Assembly: GCA_029856365.1 (NCBI GenBank)
Contig: JAHQWW010000094.1
Coordinates: 1-14,554 of the forward strand
Reading direction: 5' to 3'
Origin: Candidatus Hodarchaeota archaeon
GTDB taxonomy: Archaea; Asgardarchaeota; Heimdallarchaeia; Hodarchaeales; Hodarchaeaceae
DNA: 14,554 bases
The translations under genes and the position numbers were made by a program. The notes beneath the pieces were generated by a model. It saw only the letters and a program-made list of their open reading frames with translations, was not told where the DNA came from and did no database searches. Positions 7,994-14,554 of this stretch are shown here, one piece after another (the stretch's first letter is position 1; each line of letters begins with the position of its first letter).

Positions 7994-8579
7994 CTTCAAA
8001 GGCATCTATTTCTTCGAGAATCCCATAGATCTTCTGAATTGACTGATATACATACTCCTCCTTTTTTGCACCAGTACAGACCAGCTTTCCAGATTGAAAA
8101 AGAAGAAGTACAACTTTAGGTTCCTGCATTCGATAGATCAATCCAGGAAATTGTTCAGGTTCATACATAGAATGTTCTAACAACAGTGCTGCTAGTTCCA
8201 AATTGATTCGTTTTCCGAGAGTTCCAGATGCTACAATATTCTGAACAGTTATTGTCGCTTCGTGTTTAACATTATGTCCAGCTTGTCGTAGCAATTCTGA
8301 AATTACTTCAACCGCTTCTTCGATCATAGGGACTGATTTTGCTCCTGTGACAACCAATTTACCTGATGAAAAAACTAGTATCGAAACCTTTGGTTTCTTG
8401 ATCTTTACGACAACACCTGGGAATTGTTCGGGGATATATGAAACCTGTACATCTCCAGGTAAACGACTAGCAGCTTTTTCTAGTTTAATTTTACATCTTA
8501 AATCAACTGAAGCAACAACATTTTGAACCTCTGCAAACAGGTCATCTCTTTCTGAATTGTTAGACACGAACCTCACCAA
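7974..8579 (-). CDS. tbp: TATA-box binding protein
   Basis: Two repeats: VQNVVAS...YIPEQFPG...VFSSGKLVVTGAK and VQNIVAS...YEPEQFPGLIYR...LFQSGKLVCTGAK. The real start is probably GTG at 8567, preceded by the SD-like GGTGAGG. Confidence 0.98.
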   Translation of the reverse strand: MVRFVSNNSERDDLFAEVQNVVASVDLRCKIKLEKAASRLPGDVQVSYIPEQFPGVVVKIKKPKVSILVFSSGKLVVTGAKSVPMIEEAVEVISELLRQAGHNVKHEATITVQNIVASGTLGKRINLELAALLLEHSMYEPEQFPGLIYRMQEPKVVLLLFQSGKLVCTGAKKEEYVYQSIQKIYGILEEIDAFEVSGMQF

Positions 8580-8662
8580 GATAAATTAATCTTAAGACCA
8601 CAAGTTCTATATGATAAAAAGAATGGAGAGTAATTGAACATTCAGTAATGATTTCTCCACAA

Positions 8663-8694
8663 TTTAAATACTTTGGTTTAAATACTTTATAAAG
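8663..8694. promoter_or_regulatory. Tandem TATA-like boxes in the divergent tbp/tfb promoter
   Basis: TTTAAATACTTT at 8663-8674 and again at 8677-8688 (12-bp direct repeat, 14-bp period), overlapping the palindrome CTTTATAAAG at 8685-8694. Confidence 0.55.
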
Positions 8695-8826
8695 GATTGT
8701 TTTTTGATAAACTAATCAGGTTTCAAATTAGGATTTTGATATACTTATAAAATGAAGAAGAAGTTATGACTCACTAGTGCTCCCAATAGACATTTAAAAG
8801 CTTTTTCACATGACCTATGTAAATTC

Positions 8827-9789
8827 TTGGAGGGCCCTCTTTTGCCGCCTCTTTCGTCACAAGAACCAAAATGTCCTGAATGCGGTAGCACTGATATTGT
8901 TGTGGACTCTACCAAAGGTACTTCTATTTGTGCATCTTGTGGCCTCGTCCTAGATATGCAAATTGATATGGGGCCTGAATGGCGGGCATATAATTCCAGT
9001 GAGCTCGCAGAACGCTCGCGTGCAGGGAGCCCTATTACTCCCTTAAAAGCTGAAATGGGATTACGTACGCAGATTGGGAACATCAGAAAAGACATTACTG
9101 GTAGAACATTACCTTTTTCCTCTCAAACTAAATATCGACGTCTTTCACGAATTGACAATCGTACCCGAAAATCAGAAATACGAAACCTTAGATTCGCATT
9201 GAAAGAACTAAAACGAATTAAGAGTCAGTTAGAGCTTCCTGAAGATGTTGCTGAAATGGGAGCAATGATTTATCGAAAAGCGTTGAAAAAAAATTTAATT
9301 CGTGGACGTTCTATTGATGGTATGATCTCAGCTAGCCTCTACTTAGCATGTCGAAAAAAGAAATTACCTCAAACTCTAAAGGACATTGCCTCTGTATCAA
9401 ACATCTCATCAAAAGATTTGGGACGTTGCATTCGTATAATTCTTCAAAAATTAGATCTAAAGGTTTTTCCAAGCGACTATTCCGCGTTAGTCCATCGCTT
9501 GGGTATTAGTCTTCGTGTTACTATGAAAGCTCGGAGACAGGCCGTTGTCATTCTCAATATTGCACGATCAAAAGGCGCCACCGTCGGTAAAAATCCTATG
9601 AGTCTTGCTGCAGCTGCGCTCTATATCTCTACGATCCAGACTGGTGAACGAAGAACGCAACAGGAGATTGCCAATATCGCTAAAATCACACCCGTTACAA
9701 TAAGGAATCGCTTTAAAGAGCTAGTGAAGATTCTAGATGCTGAATCTAAACAAACAGGGAACGATTCGCTTCGAACATTACTTATTTGA
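8827..9789 (+). CDS. tfb: Transcription initiation factor IIB (TFB)
   Basis: Zn ribbon CPECG...CASCG, B-reader IDMGPEWRAY..RSRAG and two cyclin repeats (LIRGRSIDGMISASLYLACR; GKNPMSLAAAALY...RTQQEIA...VTIRNRFKEL). The start may be TTG 8842, after a GGAGG SD. Confidence 0.98.
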   Translation: MEGPLLPPLSSQEPKCPECGSTDIVVDSTKGTSICASCGLVLDMQIDMGPEWRAYNSSELAERSRAGSPITPLKAEMGLRTQIGNIRKDITGRTLPFSSQTKYRRLSRIDNRTRKSEIRNLRFALKELKRIKSQLELPEDVAEMGAMIYRKALKKNLIRGRSIDGMISASLYLACRKKKLPQTLKDIASVSNISSKDLGRCIRIILQKLDLKVFPSDYSALVHRLGISLRVTMKARRQAVVILNIARSKGATVGKNPMSLAAAALYISTIQTGERRTQQEIANIAKITPVTIRNRFKELVKILDAESKQTGNDSLRTLLI

Positions 9790-9807
9790 TAATATAACAA
9801 AAGGAAT

Positions 9808-10518
9808 TTAGTTCTTTTCTACAGAAACGATGACTCCATCTTTGATATGAAAAATCCGTTGAGCTTTTTTTGCAATACTTGTATCATGAGTCACAATTAC
9901 GAGAGTCTGGTTCTCAGTTTTGTTAACTCTTCGTAGCTCTTCTAAGATTGCTTCACCTGTTTCTGTATCTAGATCACCAGTAGGTTCGTCTGCTAAAAGA
10001 ATTAAAGGATTATTTGCTAATGCACGTGCTATTGCCACTCTTTGGCGCTCCCCGCCACTCAATTCATCAGGTTTATGATCTTTCCTGTCAAGTAGGTCCA
10101 CTTTTCCCAGTAAATCGATTGCTCTCGCATGTCTCTCCGCTTTGGATTTTCCTGCGATTAACATTGGAAGCTCAACATTCTCCAGTGCAGTTAAGACTGG
10201 AAGTAAATTGTAAAACTGGAAGATAAATCCCACACTCTTTCTTCGAATTTCTGTGAGTTCACGCTCAGATGCATTAGATATTTCTCTACCCTCCAGGAGT
10301 ACTCTTCCTGAAGTTGGTGAATCTAATGATCCAATAATATTTAGAAGAGTTGTTTTGCCACAGCCAGAAGGTCCTTGAATAGCAACCATTTCTCCACGCT
10401 GTATTTTCATATTGATCCCCCTTAATGCCTCCACTTTGACTTCACCTAGGATGTATGATTTTTTTAGATCCATACATTCAACAATAACATCACTTCCATT
10501 GGGTACTTCTTCTTCCAT
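9808..10518 (-). CDS. ABC transporter ATP-binding protein, LolD/MacB (type VII) family
   Basis: Walker [25 protein letters not shown], signature LSGGE, Walker B LLADEPTG and H-loop VTHD. GAGG SD upstream. Confidence 0.95.
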   Translation of the reverse strand: MEEEVPNGSDVIVECMDLKKSYILGEVKVEALRGINMKIQRGEMVAIQGPSGCGKTTLLNIIGSLDSPTSGRVLLEGREISNASERELTEIRRKSVGFIFQFYNLLPVLTALENVELPMLIAGKSKAERHARAIDLLGKVDLLDRKDHKPDELSGGERQRVAIARALANNPLILLADEPTGDLDTETGEAILEELRRVNKTENQTLVIVTHDTSIAKKAQRIFHIKDGVIVSVEKN

Positions 10519-10768
10519 CGTTATTTCCTCTATTATTTCCTTTTTTTGCTTGATCCATCAGAGAATGTGCCTGAATGGCATGAATTGCTTGTAAGTGTAA
10601 TCGTTGATAGTATCGCTTACTTTCTCTTTTCATTTCTCCATTTTTTTTGATATTTGCGCTCTATATTTAATTTTACGGCAATGTATTTAAATCATCTTTA
10701 TGTAAACCAATAAAATTCGTATGAATATTTGGATCATATTTAAGATACTAAATTGATTTTTCTTTCGA

Positions 10769-11239
10769 TTGATGCAGTTTCACAATGAGATAGTAAAGCT
10801 CTTGGATAATCCGCTTTCAATACCAATACTGAAGTTATTGACCAAAAAACAATTATCGATACCTCAAATTACTAAATCTTTACAAAACATTGATGCTGAT
10901 ATTCAAAAAGTAATTGCAGTCCTGGGAGAGCTTTATCATTTTGGTTTAATCGAACAGTGTAAAACACCTGCTGTCAGTTCTTCAACTCAAAATCAGCTTT
11001 CATCAGAACAAAGAATTGGATTTCTTCAAGAACCCTATCCAAAGATCTATACAACACCATTAGGAATTCCATTACATGATTATGTTTCCCTATGGGAAGA
11101 AATTCTCCAACATTCCAATCAATTGAATTCCGATAAGTTTGACAGTTGGATTTTCTCAGTTCCTAATTATCTTCGAAAGGAAATTGAGGATTTAACACTG
11201 GAAGAAATTCGTCTTAAACTACTAAACAAATCTTATTAA
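10769..11239 (+). CDS. Hypothetical protein with ArsR-like winged helix-turn-helix
   Basis: N-terminus LLDNPLSIPILKLL...LSIPQITKSL...VIAVLGELYHFGLIE fits the ArsR/wHTH pattern. The remainder is unrecognised. Confidence 0.6.
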   Translation: MMQFHNEIVKLLDNPLSIPILKLLTKKQLSIPQITKSLQNIDADIQKVIAVLGELYHFGLIEQCKTPAVSSSTQNQLSSEQRIGFLQEPYPKIYTTPLGIPLHDYVSLWEEILQHSNQLNSDKFDSWIFSVPNYLRKEIEDLTLEEIRLKLLNKSY

Positions 11240-11469
11240 TATTCTTTTTATTTCCCTTATAGTTCAATAAATCATTTAAAAGTTGTTTACATTTAAGTTA
11301 TTCTTCTATAACCAATAAATAATCCCCTTTTCCTTATTTCTGACATGAGGATAACTTTAAGTTAAGATTCCTGAATTTAATTCACAAAAAACTGGAAGTT
11401 TCCAAGTGTAATAATGTCGACACCTTTTAAATGGCTAAGAATTTTCTCAGAATCACCAAAAGGTTTTTC

Positions 11470-11485
11470 AAGACTATATAAAAGA
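11470..11485 (+). promoter_or_regulatory. Putative TATA box for the 570-aa gene
   Basis: AAGACTATATAAAAG, about 80 bp upstream of the TTG at 11560. Confidence 0.4.
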
Positions 11486-11559
11486 GCTTCTACTCGGATT
11501 CTGCCTATTGTCTTTTCATTGTCGGGCTTTATTCTGTATTCAAAGGGAAATGGTTCAAG

Positions 11560-13272
11560 TTGTTCCGGCAAAACACCGTTTTAAATGATTTTGTGAATTT
11601 CTTGAAAGCACGAGGACGATTTCGTGAAATCGAATTCATAGATAACAGTGTCCATGCAACGCCTAGGATTCCGGATTTTCCGACTCTTGTTTTTTACATC
11701 GAAGAAAACCGTCAAGAGCAACATTATACTCTTGAAATTCATGGTAATGAATCATCTGTTATGAATAGAGAAATTCGAGAATTTTTTCACCTAAATCAGT
11801 TGGGATTAAAAAAAATTAAAGGAAAATATTACCTTACTACTGAGGCTGGTGATTCTCTTATTGTTGAAGCCGAGGGAATTGGACCACCGTTTGAAACAAT
11901 GATAAATCATCTTGTCAACCTATTTGACACTCAACGATATTCTATCAACTCAACTCAAAAAACACTTGTCTTTAGTCCTGATAGAATTGAATCAAAAGAC
12001 CAACAATTACAGACCAAACAAATAATTAAACCACAAACTCGTACTCAAATAAAACCTCCTGAGATAACTACAATAACATCACAAAGCGTTATTTCTAAGA
12101 GTTTTGACAAGAAATCCTCCATTCAAGAAAAGAAAATATATCCTAAGAATCGTACAATTACAAAGCCAGAATATTTAGATCATTTAAACGAAACCTCTCA
12201 ATCAGAAGATATTCCTATTTCAATGAAAGAAGTATCAAAACCACCTCCTCTATCTTCAAATGCTGATAGGAAAGCTTCATTGTCAAGCACGCCGAGCTTT
12301 TCAACGATTGATAGAGATATAATCGATAATAAAGAGATTGGTCTTGACAGTCCTCAAAAATCAGAAAACTTTCCGAATGATGAGCTCTATGACACCGAGA
12401 TAGCAACTGAAGATCTAGAGGAAGATCTTTTCCATCCTAAACCACCTCAAAAAGCCTATTCAAGAAATATCAAACCCTATTTAAAACAAACAACTTCATT
12501 ATTTAGACGTGACAACTGGGAAGAAGATTTACCTACAGAGATCGAGATGGAAATCCTTGAACGTACATATATGAGGATTAAACATCGGACGAAGCCAGAA
12601 ATTTTAGCCAAGGATTTGAACATCTCCATTGATGAAGCAGAAGCATATTTACGGTCCCTTATATCAAAAGGTCTTCTTCGAACTCAAGTTGGATGGTATA
12701 TCATTAAAAAAAGCCACTTACCCTTCTTTAAGAAAACTTTCAGCGATGGTGAGAAAAAGAAGAAAAAAAAGAAGTCTCCTCGTATCTCCCGAGTAGGTGA
12801 AGGATTGACACCCGAAGAAATTGCTACTATTAAGGCAATTAAAGCAAGACCAAACCTTAAAGCGCAATCGAATCTCCTCACACGTCCCACTGGATTAAAG
12901 CAGAGTATTTTAAAAGATGTGTTGAGGAATTTAGTAGAAAAGGGAATTTTGCGCGTTTCATATGGTTGGTATATTTTAAAAGATAAGAATATCCTTGAAC
13001 ACAGGAGAGGCCCTTCGCTTGATCAGGTTAAAGAGTCTGTGAAGTATAATATACCGAAGGGGTTAAAGCTAACTTCATCTGAAGAACAAGTGATCAAAGC
13101 TCTTTTACAGCGGCCCCATTATAAAGCTCAATCAAATCTTCTGACATCTGATGTCAAATTACCTAAGGAACAAATCAAGCAAGTGTTAAGAGAGTTAGTA
13201 GAAAAAGATATTTGCACCGTGAAGTTTGGTTGGTATTGTTTAAAAGATCCCAAGCAATTTCAGTCATCTTGA
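11560..13272 (+). CDS. Uncharacterised protein: N-terminal globular domain, long disordered linker, three tandem winged-helix repeats
   Basis: 570-aa ORF with an S/T/P/K/E-rich low-complexity middle and three ~60-aa repeats L(P/T)xxE..I...L..L..K(G/D)....GWY. The start codon is uncertain (TTG 11560 or GTG 11593). Confidence 0.8.
   Translation: MFRQNTVLNDFVNFLKARGRFREIEFIDNSVHATPRIPDFPTLVFYIEENRQEQHYTLEIHGNESSVMNREIREFFHLNQLGLKKIKGKYYLTTEAGDSLIVEAEGIGPPFETMINHLVNLFDTQRYSINSTQKTLVFSPDRIESKDQQLQTKQIIKPQTRTQIKPPEITTITSQSVISKSFDKKSSIQEKKIYPKNRTITKPEYLDHLNETSQSEDIPISMKEVSKPPPLSSNADRKASLSSTPSFSTIDRDIIDNKEIGLDSPQKSENFPNDELYDTEIATEDLEEDLFHPKPPQKAYSRNIKPYLKQTTSLFRRDNWEEDLPTEIEMEILERTYMRIKHRTKPEILAKDLNISIDEAEAYLRSLISKGLLRTQVGWYIIKKSHLPFFKKTFSDGEKKKKKKKSPRISRVGEGLTPEEIATIKAIKARPNLKAQSNLLTRPTGLKQSILKDVLRNLVEKGILRVSYGWYILKDKNILEHRRGPSLDQVKESVKYNIPKGLKLTSSEEQVIKALLQRPHYKAQSNLLTSDVKLPKEQIKQVLRELVEKDICTVKFGWYCLKDPKQFQSS
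12529..13248 (+). repeat. Three intragenic ~60-codon winged-helix repeats
   Basis: Repeat 1 about 12529-12711, repeat 2 about 12805-12984, repeat 3 about 13069-13248. Repeats 2 and 3 share KA...RP..KAQSNLLT and VLR.LVEK.I..V..GWY.LKD. Confidence 0.85.
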
Positions 13273-13527
13273 AGCTTGATACTACTTAGATTTCTTTGGC
13301 ATAAATAACAAGACAGCTAAACTTATATAAGTGTTGGATTGATGATATTTTCTACTCCATTATTTATGACAATAGCTATACCAAATCTTATGCCTCTAAG
13401 AGTCTTGGTATCCGTAGTTGGCAGTATTAGCTGCTTAAAACAATATCTATCTTCGAAGAACAAATAATTTAAACAATAATCTTTTCATTCAGTCAGGGAA
13501 TAATGATCTTTCTTGTAAATTGTTTCA

Positions 13528-13552
13528 GAAAAAGGTGTACTTATTTATAAGC
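13528..13552 (+). promoter_or_regulatory. Putative promoter of the archaeosortase gene
   Basis: GAAAAAGG...TTATTTATAAG about 50 bp upstream of ATG 13598, with a GGAG SD at 13581. Confidence 0.4.
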
Positions 13553-13597
13553 TTTAAATTTTCACTGAAATAGAAAACTAGGAGAAGATAGAGCAAT

Positions 13598-14365
13598 ATG
13601 AAAAGTGATTCGCATACAACATCTACCCCTAGTTACCCCCTAGAAGTAAAGACTTCAAAAGAAACAGTATCCAAACCTCAAAAACATGAAACTTCCTCGA
13701 AACGACATCATAATGATAAACTCATGTTAATGACGTTGGGAATTGCAACACTCATTACATTTTTAATGTATACTCTTCCTGACTGGGTATTCTTAGAGAT
13801 CCCCACTCGTGATATAATACATTCTTTATTGAGCCTAGTAGGTATTGAAAACACCCTTATCCCCACTCTGGATCCCAATACTGTTATCCCTGAGTCGTTG
13901 AGAGGAGGATCCTTTCCCTTCTTAGAGGCTACGGTTCACACCCCAGGAATAAAAATTCCATATCCCGATCCCTTACCAGATGGAGACTACTGGATTGTAA
14001 AAGCTTGTACAGGGATGCAGGCAGGGGGATTACTTATAGCCATCATTATGGTAACAGAGGCTCCGTGGATTGCAAAAATCCGTGCTAGTCTTGCATTTTT
14101 TTCCGCACTCTTTATAGGAAATGCTTTACGAATTACATTCCATTTATGGTGTGTTTACATCCTTATTATGCAGTTTCAAATGGATCCCACTGAAGCTTTT
14201 TACTGGGCTCATGATGTCTCATCAAAGGTCATTGGTTTCTTTGGAACCATTCTATTCGCTTTCATCATTGAAAGATTCGAGGTTCCAATCATCGATCAAT
14301 TTGCAGACTGGTTAGATTGGATGTGGTGGCGAGTAAGTGGGATTTTTTCACGTTTTTTTCATTAA
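13598..14365 (+). CDS. Archaeosortase/exosortase family membrane transpeptidase
   Basis: Catalytic triad motifs IVKACTG (Cys), GNALRI (Arg) and FYWAHD (His) lie in or next to TM helices. A large extramembrane loop precedes the Cys motif. Confidence 0.88.
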   Translation: MKSDSHTTSTPSYPLEVKTSKETVSKPQKHETSSKRHHNDKLMLMTLGIATLITFLMYTLPDWVFLEIPTRDIIHSLLSLVGIENTLIPTLDPNTVIPESLRGGSFPFLEATVHTPGIKIPYPDPLPDGDYWIVKACTGMQAGGLLIAIIMVTEAPWIAKIRASLAFFSALFIGNALRITFHLWCVYILIMQFQMDPTEAFYWAHDVSSKVIGFFGTILFAFIIERFEVPIIDQFADWLDWMWWRVSGIFSRFFH

Positions 14366-14554
14366 AATCATAATGAGATGAAAAAGCGCTATCCTCAGAG
14401 AACTGAACTAGGTCGCTCATAAATTACTTGATAAAATCGTGATTATTATTAAAATCAGGTAAGGTGGAATTTATCAAACAATTTTTATATAAAACTTTAT
14501 AATGATAATTGAAGTTGGTTACAATAAGTACATTTAAATTTATATCTTAAAAAC

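Noticed and set aside
12805-13248. Z-DNA-binding Zalpha domains (LPKEQIKQVL..L.EK resembles the ADAR1 Zalpha helix 3 region)
   Set aside because: The key Asn/Tyr of the recognition helix and the P-P-x-W wing are absent, so the resemblance is generic wHTH.
13366-13425. Eukaryote/Loki-type SECIS (ATGA...AAA + mini-stem) after the TGA-terminated 570-aa gene
   Set aside because: The 3' arm lacks the required GA of the non-Watson-Crick quartet (reads TGGC), and read-through of TGA 13270 gives only 11 unremarkable residues.
8745-14315. Short ORFs 8745-9095, 10014-10226, 10412-10594, 12215-12406, 12684-12890, 14121-14315
   Set aside because: Antisense or alternate-frame shadows of tfb, the ABC ATPase, the wH-repeat gene and the archaeosortase.
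1-14554. CRISPR array, transposon, provirus or defence island
   Set aside because: No spaced repeats, terminal inverted repeats with a transposase, integrase or recognisable defence genes.

Overview
An AT-rich archaeal chromosomal segment of mostly information-processing genes. An Asgard (Heimdall/Hodarchaeal-type) origin is my inference from gene style and content, not a tested result. In order: a small OB-fold RPA3/RPA14-like gene (-), transcription factor S (+), the fibrillarin-Nop5 C/D sRNP pair (-), a tight + strand cluster of RHH regulator, M50 site-2 protease and membrane-anchored AN1 zinc finger, a CslA/cellulose-synthase-like GT2 (-), bifunctional NnrE-NnrD (+), a head-to-head tbp/tfb pair, an orphan LolD/MacB-type ABC ATPase (-), an ArsR-like wHTH protein (+), an uncharacterised 570-aa protein with three tandem 'GWY' winged-helix repeats (+), and an archaeosortase/exosortase (+). 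I found no rRNA, tRNA, CRISPR array or transposase. The best candidates for something new are: (1) the RHH/S2P/TM-AN1 operon as a possible regulated-intramembrane-proteolysis module; (2) the triple winged-helix protein; (3) the divergent tbp-tfb promoter built from tandem TATA-like repeats; (4) a ~130-nt G-U-rich rod-like RNA structure with a K-turn-like loop upstream of tfs.
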